Assembly (NCBI GenBank): GCA_965655585.1
Contig: CBFHHG010000001.1
Location: 68,630 to 132,629, forward strand
Source: Candidatus Arcticimaribacter sp.
Lineage (GTDB): Bacteria; Bacteroidota; Bacteroidia; Flavobacteriales; Flavobacteriaceae
DNA: 64,000 nucleotides
Direction: 5' to 3'
Position 1 is the first letter of the stretch. Each line of letters opens with the position of its first letter. A model generated the notes under the pieces. That model was not told where the DNA came from. It searched no databases and worked only from the letters and a program-made list of their open reading frames with translations. Shown piece after piece: positions 8,153 through 17,285 of the stretch. The position numbers and the translations under genes were made by a program.

Positions 8153-9466
8153 TTATTTGGAAGATTCAGGTAAATAATCGAGAACCAAACGCTGGTTTGG
8201 ATTCAGATACTTTTTGGCAACAGCTTGAATTTCTTCTCGACTAATGGATCGATAGATTTCAATTTCTGAATTGATCAAGTTTGTGTCTTTATAAAAGGCA
8301 TAATATTCAGCTAAAGAGTTTGCAATCCCTTCTACGGAAGAATTAGAATCCACGAAATTGGTCTCGAATTTATTTTGAAGTTTTTGATAATCCTTTTCAG
8401 AAATTAATTCTTCTTGGATTTTCACAACTTCCTCATCAATTTCGGTAATGATACTATCAAGCGATGTTTCTCCTAATGGCAAACCAAAAATAAGATACAT
8501 TCCGTAATCTTCTTGACTTACGTTAAAAGCTCCAACCTGAAGAGCCATTTTCTTTTCATCAACCATTTTACGGTATAATTTTGATGAATTTCCATCACTC
8601 AAATAAGTTGAGATCATGTCCAAAACTTTGGAGTCTCTTGTTTTGATAGAAGGCATTCGATAAGCTGCTACAACAGCTGGAATTTGTATGTTGGAGTCAT
8701 AGGCCTTGGCTTCGATTGCTTCGGTAATAGGATCCTCTTTTTCTACAACACGATTAACATCTGCTCCTTTTGGAATAGCACTAAAGTAATCAGCTATCAT
8801 CTTTTTGGTAGCATCGATTTGAATATCTCCTGCAACAACTAAAATAGCGTTGTTTGGAACATAATATTTTTTGTTAAAAGCCAAAAACTCATCTAGAGAA
8901 GCTGCATCTAAATGATCCATTTCTCCAATTGTAGTGTGTTTATAGGGATGTTTTACAAAGAGGTTTTTCTTTACATTCTCAAAAAACTTTCCGTAAGGAC
9001 TGTTGTCTACTCGAAGTCTTTTCTCTTCTTTCACAACTTCATTTTGAGTGTCCACCCCAATTTTATTGATGATTGGATGAAGCATACGCTCCGATTCTAA
9101 CCAAAGACCTAATTCGAGGTTATTCGACGGGAAAACCTCGTAATAGTAGGTGTAGTCGTCGTTGGTGTATGCATTGTTCTTCCCACCATTTGATGAAACG
9201 ATACTGAACCATTCCCCACGACCGATGTTTTTAGTTCCTTCAAACAATAGGTGTTCAAAAAAGTGAGCAAAGCCCGTGCGATCTTTTAATTCGTCTTTTG
9301 CGCCCACATGATAAAGAACCGATGTAGTTACAACAGGAGCGGTATTGTCTTGATGTAAAATTACATGAAGACCATTGTCCAGATCATATTCTGTAAAAGA
9401 AACTTCTTGTGCCTGGACGCTAACAAAAAGCAGGCTTAAAATGAGGTAAAAGGCATATTCTTTCAT
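8153..9466 (-). CDS. M16 family zinc peptidase (insulinase/pitrilysin-like), catalytic subunit
   Basis: It has a signal peptide and the inverted zinc motif HFFEH followed by LLFEGT. Confidence 0.9.
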   Translation of the reverse strand: MKEYAFYLILSLLFVSVQAQEVSFTEYDLDNGLHVILHQDNTAPVVTTSVLYHVGAKDELKDRTGFAHFFEHLLFEGTKNIGRGEWFSIVSSNGGKNNAYTNDDYTYYYEVFPSNNLELGLWLESERMLHPIINKIGVDTQNEVVKEEKRLRVDNSPYGKFFENVKKNLFVKHPYKHTTIGEMDHLDAASLDEFLAFNKKYYVPNNAILVVAGDIQIDATKKMIADYFSAIPKGADVNRVVEKEDPITEAIEAKAYDSNIQIPAVVAAYRMPSIKTRDSKVLDMISTYLSDGNSSKLYRKMVDEKKMALQVGAFNVSQEDYGMYLIFGLPLGETSLDSIITEIDEEVVKIQEELISEKDYQKLQNKFETNFVDSNSSVEGIANSLAEYYAFYKDTNLINSEIEIYRSISREEIQAVAKKYLNPNQRLVLDYLPESSK

Positions 9467-9598
9467 GGTGTATTGATTAGGTTTATATTACATAAGTAGC
9501 ACAAAGTATTAAAATGTTACAACAAATTGAGGTTTTCAGCCTTTTAAGTTCCCAACAAAGCACGTATTAATCATTAAATAAAGTAATTTTATTATACC

Positions 9599-10525
9599 AT
9601 GAGATTGATAGAACTCTTTACACGCTCCTTTCCATTTTTGGTTACGGTTTGTGCTTTAATCGCCTTAGTATACCCTCCAAGTTTTACTTGGTTTTCAGGT
9701 CCGTGGATTACCTATGGTTTGGGAGGTATTATGTTGGGTATGGGATTGACGTTGCAATGGCGTGATTTTAATCAAGTGCTAAAAACGCCTAAATGGGTTC
9801 TTTGTGGAATTTTATTACAATTTACCATCATGCCTTTTTTAGGTTGGGTTTTGGGAATTCTTTTTCAATTACCTCCTTTTTTTGCTGTGGGTCTTATCTT
9901 GGTTGCTAGCTGTCCGGGTGGTACAGCATCTAATGTTATTGCGTATTTGGCACAGGCCAATGTTGCTTTGTCGGTTACGATGACAACGGTTTCTACTTTA
10001 GCAGCAATCATCATGACGCCTTTGTTGACGAGTTATTTGTCTGGAAGTTATTTGGAGGTTGACGCACTGAGCTTGTTTTATAGTACGCTTAAGGTTGTGC
10101 TATTTCCTGTAGCTCTGGGGATTATTCTCAGTCGGTTTTTACCTAAAATAACCTTTAGAATTGTTCCTTTTGCACCACCAATTGCGGTCATATTAATCAC
10201 ACTAATTGTAGCGAGTATTATTGGTCAGGGTAAAGAAATCATCTTGAACTCAGGAATCCAGCTTCTTGGTGCAATTTTGATTTTACATTTACTCGGTTTT
10301 TTACTGGGATATATTGTGTCTAAAATCATTTTTAAAAACGAAGCGGTTAGTAGAACCATAGCCATTGAAGTGGGGATGCAAAATTCTGGTTTGGGTGCAG
10401 TATTGGCTCGGGAAAATTTCATCAACCCAGCAACTGCAATTCCTTCAGCAATATCCAGCTTGGTGCATTCTATATATGGTAGTATATTTGCTTCAATAGC
10501 GAACAAATTCATCAACAAAAAATAG
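9599..10525 (+). CDS. bile acid:sodium symporter (BASS) family transporter
   Basis: It is a polytopic membrane protein with the CPGGTASN motif typical of BASS/ASBT-like transporters. Confidence 0.85.
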   Translation: MRLIELFTRSFPFLVTVCALIALVYPPSFTWFSGPWITYGLGGIMLGMGLTLQWRDFNQVLKTPKWVLCGILLQFTIMPFLGWVLGILFQLPPFFAVGLILVASCPGGTASNVIAYLAQANVALSVTMTTVSTLAAIIMTPLLTSYLSGSYLEVDALSLFYSTLKVVLFPVALGIILSRFLPKITFRIVPFAPPIAVILITLIVASIIGQGKEIILNSGIQLLGAILILHLLGFLLGYIVSKIIFKNEAVSRTIAIEVGMQNSGLGAVLARENFINPATAIPSAISSLVHSIYGSIFASIANKFINKK

Positions 10526-10528
10526 CGT

Positions 10529-11707
10529 ATGAAAAGGCATAAAGCAGTTATTGTTTCTGCAAAAAGAACCCCATTAGGAAAATTTATGGGTGGATTATCA
10601 ACGGTGCCTGCTCCCAAATTGGGAGCCATTGCAATACAGGGAGCTCTAGCGGCTGTTGGCTTGGATGCTGCTGAGGTTGATGAAGTTTATATGGGAAATG
10701 TGTTACAAGCCGGCGTGGGTCAAGCCCCTGCTCGTCAAGCAGCAATTTTTGCAGGAATCCCCGATACAGTGCCCTGCACCACGGTGAATAAAGTTTGTTC
10801 TTCGGGAATGAAAACCATCATGATGGCAGCTCAAGCAATTGCTTTGGGCGATGCTGAGGTTGTTGTTGCTGGTGGTATGGAAAACATGAGCCTTGCTCCC
10901 CATATTGTTCCCATGCGAACAGGAGTGAAGTTTGGTGGAACTCAGCTAGAAGATGTCATGCAAAAAGACGGTTTAGTGGATGCCTTTGATCAGGTAGCAA
11001 TGGGTACTTATGCAGATGCAACGGCAACAAAACACCAGATATCCAGAGCAGATCAAGATGCCTTTGCTATTGAATCGTATCGAAGAAGTGCAGCAGCATG
11101 GGAAAGTGGGATTATGCAAAACGAAGTTGTTCCCGTGACCGTTCCCCAAAGAAGAGGTGAGGATCTACAAATTACAGAAGACGAAGAGTTTACTAATGTG
11201 CTCCTCGAGAAAATACCAAAGTTACGTCCAGCCTTTACCAAAGAAGGTACCGTAACGGCTGCCAATGCCTCTACGATCAACGATGGAGCTGCTGCCGTAA
11301 TTGTAATGTCTGAAGAGAAAGCCAAAGCGTTAGGCCTAACCCCTCTAGCATCAATTGTAGGCTACGCCGATGCAGCTCAAGAACCCCAATGGTTTACTAC
11401 AGCGCCAGCAAAAGCCTTGCCCAAGGCGCTCGCTAAAGCAAATGTATCTCTTGATGAAGTAGCATTATTTGAATTCAACGAAGCATTTTCTGTCGTAGGT
11501 TTGGCTAATATGCAACTTTTAGAATTGGATTCGGCCCAGGTCAATATTCATGGGGGAGCAGTTTCATTGGGCCACCCATTGGGTTGTTCAGGAGCTAGAA
11601 TTGTAGTGACTTTACTCCATGCGATGAAGCATAAAAAGGTAAGCCTAGGCGCAGCAGTAATTTGTAACGGTGGTGGAGGTGCTTCTGCTATTGTATTGAG
11701 AAGATGA
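10529..11707 (+). CDS. acetyl-CoA C-acetyltransferase (thiolase II)
   Basis: The active-site Cys is in VNKVCSSGMK. The C-terminal motifs GHPLGCSGAR and CNGGGGA are also present. Confidence 0.95.
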   Translation: MKRHKAVIVSAKRTPLGKFMGGLSTVPAPKLGAIAIQGALAAVGLDAAEVDEVYMGNVLQAGVGQAPARQAAIFAGIPDTVPCTTVNKVCSSGMKTIMMAAQAIALGDAEVVVAGGMENMSLAPHIVPMRTGVKFGGTQLEDVMQKDGLVDAFDQVAMGTYADATATKHQISRADQDAFAIESYRRSAAAWESGIMQNEVVPVTVPQRRGEDLQITEDEEFTNVLLEKIPKLRPAFTKEGTVTAANASTINDGAAAVIVMSEEKAKALGLTPLASIVGYADAAQEPQWFTTAPAKALPKALAKANVSLDEVALFEFNEAFSVVGLANMQLLELDSAQVNIHGGAVSLGHPLGCSGARIVVTLLHAMKHKKVSLGAAVICNGGGGASAIVLRR

Positions 11708-11726
11708 AGTGGTATAAAAGTTTTTT

Positions 11727-12146
11727 ATGAAAAATAACATTAGATCCAATCTGTTAAAAAAAGTGGTTTTACTGCTGCTCCTGGCGAGCTCTTTTTCTTA
11801 TGGGCAATTTACTTTTTATAAGCCCTATGAAGTAGAGGTTACTTCCGACATCCCCTTCGGCTCTTTGACTTCTGAAATCGATCAAATGCGCTTGGGATTA
11901 GAAGCACAGCAATGGGCTGTTGAGGTACTCAAATATTGGCTGACCGAGATGCAAAAAAACCCCTTTATAACGGGAGATCAAAAAATCAACTTTATTCTTT
12001 ATGACAGTCAGAAGAGACGAAAAATTCTCATTCCTGTTCCAGTAAAAGAAAAAATAGTTCGTGCTTTTAAAACCGAAGCTGGGTTTCAAGAACACTACAT
12101 TGAGTTTATATCGGAAACCTACGAATGGCTTTTAGAAAATATTTAG
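11727..12146 (+). CDS. hypothetical secreted protein
   Basis: It has a signal peptide (VVLLLLLASSFSYGQ) and no recognisable family. It lies 19 nt after the thiolase gene. Confidence 0.5.
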   Translation: MKNNIRSNLLKKVVLLLLLASSFSYGQFTFYKPYEVEVTSDIPFGSLTSEIDQMRLGLEAQQWAVEVLKYWLTEMQKNPFITGDQKINFILYDSQKRRKILIPVPVKEKIVRAFKTEAGFQEHYIEFISETYEWLLENI

Positions 12147-12162
12147 AAAATAGGTTTTTCGG

Positions 12163-12426
12163 TTATTCCGAACAATATTCTTGACCCACGGAAAAGCTGT
12201 TGTAAACCGAAGCAGAGACTTCCCCACTAACCGAATTGTCCGGAACATAAGAATCCATTTCACCCCCATTCGTATTGAAGATATTACTGTCTGCATTTAA
12301 GATAAAATAGTATTTACCATTTACAATTTGCTTTTCAATAATATCTCCACAGCGACTATTGTCGGAAGTACAGCCTACCCAAAAAATACTAATTAATAAA
12401 AAAGAGAAGATGGATCTAGAACTCAT
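12163..12426 (-). CDS. hypothetical small lipoprotein
   Basis: The lipobox is IFWVGC. The protein is 87 aa with no recognisable family. Confidence 0.45.
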   Translation of the reverse strand: MSSRSIFSFLLISIFWVGCTSDNSRCGDIIEKQIVNGKYYFILNADSNIFNTNGGEMDSYVPDNSVSGEVSASVYNSFSVGQEYCSE

Positions 12427-12496
12427 AACACTGATATTTCATAAACATAGTTGATACAAAGCTACTACAAAATGTATGAAGCAGGAAACACTTTCT

Positions 12497-14158
12497 CTAG
12501 GGTTTTCGAATTTCATCGACCATCAGCTGTACTGCTTTTGGAGGAGCAGGAGTGCGATAAGAAATCAATATTGCAACCAGTATATTGGCACACATCGCTA
12601 AAGTCCCAAAACCTTCGGGCGAGACTCCAAACCACCAATCTTCTGAAGTTCCACCTCCAAAAAAGCCAAGTTTAAATTTCATCATATAAAAAAGCATCAG
12701 CGATATACCCACGACCATCCCACTAATTACACCCTCTTTGTTCATGCGTTTGCTGAAAATCCCCATCACAATAGCGGGGAAAAAGGAAGCTGCAGCCAAG
12801 CCAAACGCCAAAGCAACTGTTGCTGCTACAAAATCAGGTGGATTGATGCCAAAGTAGCCTGCCAAGATAACCGCAAATACAGAAGCTACACGTGCCGCAA
12901 TTAATTCTCCCTTATCCGTGATCTTAGGATAGATTATTTTTTTTAATAAATCATGAGAAACAGAAGAAGAGATAACCAATAAAAGACCTGCAGCTGTTGA
13001 TAGTGCTGCAGCCAGTGCACCAGCAGCCATAAGACCAATCACCCAATTGGGGAGGTCTGCTATTTCTGGATTTGCCATAACAATTATGTCCTTGTCAATC
13101 ACCAATTCATTAATTTGAGGATCGGCAACATACTGCACTAAGCCGTCCTGATTTTTGTCGGTGTAAGTCAGTAGACCTGTAGTTTCCCAATTCGAAAACC
13201 ATTCGGGAAGGGTTTCATAGGGTTTGTTACTCACCGTTTGGATGAGGTTGGTTCTAGCAAACACCGCAATTGCGGGAGCTGTAGTGTATAAGATGGCTAT
13301 AAAAAGCAAAGCCCAGCCAGCAGATTTTCGTGCGTCTCGTACTTTTTTAACTGTAAAAAAGCGGACAATCACGTGAGGGAGTCCAGCGGTTCCCATCATC
13401 AATGCTGCCGTAATTAAAAACACGTCGAGTGTCGATTTAGAACCTGAGGTATATTGGTGAAATCCTAATTCTTTGTGCAGACCATCCAGTTTTTCTAAGA
13501 GGTAGATTCCGTCTGCTCCTTCCGACCCCATACCTACTTGAGGAATTGCGATCCCCGTCATGATCATGGAAATGAATATTGCGGGTACTAAAAATGCAAA
13601 AATCAGAACACAATACTGTGCTACTTGGGTGTAGGTAATGCCCTTCATTCCTCCTAAAACTGCATAAAAAAGAACAATTCCCATTCCGATAAAAACACCG
13701 GTATTGATGTCTACCGAAAGGTATCTTGAAAAGACAAGACCTACGCCGCGCATTTGACCTGCGATATAGGTAAAGGAAACAATCAAAGCACAGAAAACAG
13801 CAACAGCTCGTGCGGTTTTAGAGTAGTAGCGATCGCCAATAAAGTCAGGAACGGTAAACTGCCCAAACTTCCTTAAATAAGGCGCTAGAAGAAGGGCTAA
13901 AAGCACATAGCCTCCCGTCCAACCCATCAGGTAAACAGAACCGTCGTAGCCCGTAAAAGAGATGATTCCAGCCATCGAAATAAAGGAAGCCGCAGACATC
14001 CAGTCGGCCGCTGTAGCCATTCCATTGGCGATGGGCGAAACCCCCTCACCTGCAACATAAAATTCTTTGGTTGAAGAGGCTCGAGACCAAATTGCAATTC
14101 CTATATAGAGGGTAAAGGTAACCCCAACCATTATCCAAATCCACAGTTGTTGTTCCAT
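12497..14158 (-). CDS. sodium:solute symporter family protein (VC_2705/ActP-like large subunit)
   Basis: It has an SSF fold of about 13 TM helices. It is paired with an upstream DUF4212 small subunit across a 2-nt gap. Confidence 0.9.
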   Translation of the reverse strand: MEQQLWIWIMVGVTFTLYIGIAIWSRASSTKEFYVAGEGVSPIANGMATAADWMSAASFISMAGIISFTGYDGSVYLMGWTGGYVLLALLLAPYLRKFGQFTVPDFIGDRYYSKTARAVAVFCALIVSFTYIAGQMRGVGLVFSRYLSVDINTGVFIGMGIVLFYAVLGGMKGITYTQVAQYCVLIFAFLVPAIFISMIMTGIAIPQVGMGSEGADGIYLLEKLDGLHKELGFHQYTSGSKSTLDVFLITAALMMGTAGLPHVIVRFFTVKKVRDARKSAGWALLFIAILYTTAPAIAVFARTNLIQTVSNKPYETLPEWFSNWETTGLLTYTDKNQDGLVQYVADPQINELVIDKDIIVMANPEIADLPNWVIGLMAAGALAAALSTAAGLLLVISSSVSHDLLKKIIYPKITDKGELIAARVASVFAVILAGYFGINPPDFVAATVALAFGLAAASFFPAIVMGIFSKRMNKEGVISGMVVGISLMLFYMMKFKLGFFGGGTSEDWWFGVSPEGFGTLAMCANILVAILISYRTPAPPKAVQLMVDEIRKP

Positions 14159-14160
14159 AA

Positions 14161-14406
14161 CTATTCTAAGGTTTTATCGTCTAAGCGGTTCATTAAAAAG
14201 ACATACAAAAAAATTAAAACAACAAAAACATAAATCGATCCTTGTTGCGCAAACCAAAAGCCGAGTTTGAAGCCGCCAATTTGAAATTGATTCATGAAAT
14301 CAACAAATAAAATTCCAAAACCAAAAGAAACTAAAAACCATATACTGAGAAGAATACTCAGGTATTTTAGATTGGTTTTCCAATAGGTGTTGATAGGTTT
14401 TTCCAT
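14161..14406 (-). CDS. DUF4212 small membrane protein (putative solute symporter small subunit)
   Basis: It is 81 aa with 2 TM helices. The YWKTNL...FWFAQQGSIY pattern is typical of DUF4212, and it lies immediately upstream of the SSF gene. Confidence 0.8.
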   Translation of the reverse strand: MEKPINTYWKTNLKYLSILLSIWFLVSFGFGILFVDFMNQFQIGGFKLGFWFAQQGSIYVFVVLIFLYVFLMNRLDDKTLE

Positions 14407-14506
14407 AAATAATCTGAATTAAAAACTAATTTGCAGCTTCAAATTACTAAATAGAATTGGTTTTATTTGGATCTTAGCTTAAATATGAAAAACTAAAACC
14501 CGTATC

Positions 14507-15163
14507 ATGAAAAAAAATATTTTCTTATTACTGATGAACCTCTTGAGTATAAATCTTGCAGCACAGGTATATACTTTCAGCTCCGAGTCTGACGGACAAT
14601 CCATAACACATAAAATATTAAAGGACTCCGAATACCTAATTGAAACACAATACGAAACCGATTCAAAGATCTTTGTAAGTACGCGCGGGGGTTTTTATAA
14701 GTTGGAAGGCGAAGAGATTCAGATTCATTTTGAGTTCAATTCGAACTATGCAGCGGATAGCTTAAAATCAATAAGTTTGGAGTCATCGACTTGGAAGTCA
14801 ACCTCTTTAGCAGAGCAAAACCATTCTGGAAAATGGCTTATGGGTGGAAGAGTTCGAGACGGAGTTGAGAAAAGAAGAAACACTAATGGAGCAAGGAAAA
14901 CGTTGAAATTCTTATTGGACGGACATTTCCAATGGACAGCTTTCAATACAGAAACTTTTCAATTTTTTGGTTCTGGCGGAGGCACCTATTCAGCAAAAGA
15001 AGGAAACTATATAGAAACCATTGGCTATTTTTCTAGAGACAACTCACGAGTTGGAGCGGTGCTTCCTTTTCGCTATGAGATAAAAGGGATGGATTGGTAT
15101 CATCAAGGATTGAACAGTAAAGGAAAGCCCTTGCATGAAATCTGGACAAAAAGAGGAAATTAA
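14507..15163 (+). CDS. hypothetical secreted protein with an internal duplication (lipocalin-like?)
   Basis: It has a signal peptide. Two related halves are visible: ...STRGGFYKLEGEEIQIHFEF and ...GSGGGTYSAKEGNYIETIGYF. Confidence 0.6.
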   Translation: MKKNIFLLLMNLLSINLAAQVYTFSSESDGQSITHKILKDSEYLIETQYETDSKIFVSTRGGFYKLEGEEIQIHFEFNSNYAADSLKSISLESSTWKSTSLAEQNHSGKWLMGGRVRDGVEKRRNTNGARKTLKFLLDGHFQWTAFNTETFQFFGSGGGTYSAKEGNYIETIGYFSRDNSRVGAVLPFRYEIKGMDWYHQGLNSKGKPLHEIWTKRGN

Positions 15164-15522
15164 ATTTTAGACTTGTTGCCATCCTCGTCTATCGCAACAA
15201 AAACAATATCGCAGGCGCAATTTTGTTTTTTAATTTTTTCTATCAACCCTTCACTCGACACGTTTACATGGATGCGAAGAGATGTGTTTCCAACTTTTAT
15301 AATTTCCGCATCAAGTAGCACAAGATCACCAATGTGGATGGGCTCCAAAAACTCTATGTCATCAACGAATTTAGTTACGCAATATTTCCCAGAGTATTGA
15401 ACGGATAGTGCATAACCAACTTCATCAATCCATTTCATTACTTTCCCACCATGAACATTCCCCCTGTAGTTTGCATCAGATGGTTCCGCTAGGAAAGACA
15501 TTTCTAATTTCATTTTTCGCAT
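15160..15522 (-). CDS. acyl-CoA thioesterase (hotdog fold)
   Basis: DANYRGNVHGGKVMKWIDEVG is the typical YciA/Acot-type thioesterase motif. Confidence 0.8.
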   Translation of the reverse strand: MRKMKLEMSFLAEPSDANYRGNVHGGKVMKWIDEVGYALSVQYSGKYCVTKFVDDIEFLEPIHIGDLVLLDAEIIKVGNTSLRIHVNVSSEGLIEKIKKQNCACDIVFVAIDEDGNKSKI

Positions 15523-15619
15523 ACGGAAAGGTATTGGATTTTTATGATCTCTGTGAATTTAAGTATAAATTGGCTGATTTACAATACTTTTGTGCTTGAA
15601 TGTATATCTTTACTTGTAT

Positions 15620-16165
15620 ATGAAATACACTATATTTTTATTATTACCCTGGTTGCTTATGGCACAAACTGAAGAACAAGCCTACGAAGTTTTACAAATT
15701 AAATCTGATTTCGAAATCCGATATTATCCACCCGTTATGATGGCTGCCTATGTTTCTAGCTCCAATGATTCTTCTGGATTCCGCTCCTTGTTTCGCTATA
15801 TTTCTGGCTCAAATCAGTCTCAGACCAAGATCGCAATGACCACTCCAGTTCATATGGAAAAACAAGAACAAGGGAGTTCGATGGCCTTTGTCTTGCCTAA
15901 AAAATTTGATTCTAAAACCACACCGCTTCCCAGTGATTCTCAAGTGAAAGTCTACGAAGCAAAAGGAGGCTATTATGCTTCGATGCGCTATTCGGGCTAC
16001 ACCAATGAATCAAAAGAAAAAAACTACACCAAACAGTTGAAAACAAGTCTAGAAAAAGAGGGGATAAAGATCGCTGGATCACCAAAAGTATTTGTCTACA
16101 ACAGCCCCTTTAACTTCCTCAACAGGCGCAATGAAATTTCCTTCCCAATTGTCTGGAAAGAGTAG
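15620..16165 (+). CDS. SOUL/HEBP heme-binding-like protein, secreted
   Basis: The signal peptide is MKYTIFLLLPWLLMAQ. SOUL-family similarity is seen in YEVLQ...FEIRYYPP...FRYISGSN...KIAMTTPV. I prefer the ATG at 15620. Confidence 0.8.
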   Translation: MKYTIFLLLPWLLMAQTEEQAYEVLQIKSDFEIRYYPPVMMAAYVSSSNDSSGFRSLFRYISGSNQSQTKIAMTTPVHMEKQEQGSSMAFVLPKKFDSKTTPLPSDSQVKVYEAKGGYYASMRYSGYTNESKEKNYTKQLKTSLEKEGIKIAGSPKVFVYNSPFNFLNRRNEISFPIVWKE

Positions 16166-16528
16166 TTAAATGTATTCTTGTTTTGTCTGTGTCAATGGAG
16201 TTTTCACATCTCCTGTGTGCTTTGTAGTTTTGGGTTCAAATAGTAAAAGCCACACTTCTTCATCTGCGATTGGTTTATGTGGAACACCTCTGGGGATAAT
16301 GAGAATTTCCCCTTCATTCAGTACCACTGTCTCATTTTCGAATACAAGCTTTAGCGTTCCTTTGATGATCAGGAAAAGTTCTTCTTCATTTGCATGATCA
16401 TGCCATACAAACGCGCCTTTTACCTTTGCAATTTTAACCTGCTGACCGTTCATTTCTCCCAAAACTTTGGGGCTCCAATGATCGTTAAAAAGACTGAATT
16501 TTTCTTTTAAGTTAATTTTTTTCATCAA
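16166..16528 (-). CDS. cupin domain protein
   Basis: The cupin motifs are GAFVWHDHANEEELFLIIKG and GEILIIPRGVPHKP. It is the last gene of the four-gene operon. Confidence 0.8.
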   Translation of the reverse strand: MMKKINLKEKFSLFNDHWSPKVLGEMNGQQVKIAKVKGAFVWHDHANEEELFLIIKGTLKLVFENETVVLNEGEILIIPRGVPHKPIADEEVWLLLFEPKTTKHTGDVKTPLTQTKQEYI

Positions 16529-16531
16529 AAT

Positions 16532-17275
16532 CTAAGACTTTTTTAGGATTATAGAATCGTTTGCTATTAAGGAAATTAATTCAAGTTTTCCTTCTTCATA
16601 CATTTTCGGAAGATCGTCTAAAGGAGTGTTTTTTGGCGCTGTATAATTTTCATAATCCTGAAATACAATGCCTTCGATTGTTCGTCGATTAATAGCGACG
16701 CGGAAACGGACTCCACCTGCATTGGTATGGTATTGATATGCTAAGTAATCTAATGTTTTGACCTCTTTATCGAACCAATAGCGAAAAGTGTCTTGATGAT
16801 CAACACCTCCATTTTCGGATGTAAAATGTACACCTACTTTTTGATACGTATTTCCATTGATCTGTTCAGTGTCCATTAAAGTTTTAATTGCCCCAGGATC
16901 TTTTAGACTGAGCGGAAGCCTGAAAAAGTAAAGGACAGAGTTTAACGATTCAGAATAAAGAAGCGCTATCGAATCGGAGAGTGCTACTTTTTCATTAGCA
17001 AGGGTCCTTTGAAAACCCTTTTTGGAATGGAGCAAATCGAGAATATCAGGAGTTGTATTTTTTCTACGAGTATAAATCAATCCTTGGTTATCTTGTGTAT
17101 GAGAATACCGATAATTTCTGAATTGAAACTCAATAGGTTTTTCATTAAATTCAGTCATTCCATGTGCTTCAACTGAAGCTTCAATAAGTGCTTCGGCCGA
17201 AAGATTTTTTGAATTCTGACAAGCCAAAAGGAGGAACAGAGAAATGGTAAGGACCGAACGGCAAAGCGATTTCAT
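16532..17275 (-). CDS. lipoprotein of unknown function
   Basis: The lipobox is FLLLAC. I recognised no catalytic motif. It lies 3 nt upstream of the cupin gene and 10 nt downstream of the symporter gene. Confidence 0.65.
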   Translation of the reverse strand: MKSLCRSVLTISLFLLLACQNSKNLSAEALIEASVEAHGMTEFNEKPIEFQFRNYRYSHTQDNQGLIYTRRKNTTPDILDLLHSKKGFQRTLANEKVALSDSIALLYSESLNSVLYFFRLPLSLKDPGAIKTLMDTEQINGNTYQKVGVHFTSENGGVDHQDTFRYWFDKEVKTLDYLAYQYHTNAGGVRFRVAINRRTIEGIVFQDYENYTAPKNTPLDDLPKMYEEGKLELISLIANDSIILKKS

Positions 17276-17285
17276 AGATTTGGTT

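Noticed and set aside
10225-10629. 134-aa antisense ORF. The same class includes 2463-2744, 19175-19561, 19387-19806, 25791-26234, 36006-36404, 46147-46503, 48113-48520, 60998-61387 and the other embedded ORFs in the track.
   Set aside because: All lie inside, and opposite to or out of frame with, genes that carry clear family motifs. Their translations are Ser/Arg/Leu-rich or low-complexity, as expected for shadow frames in an AT-rich genome.
15160-15163. Convergent genes sharing a palindromic TTAA that forms both stop codons
   Set aside because: It is real but trivial: a 4-nt tail overlap is common in compact genomes and needs no special explanation.
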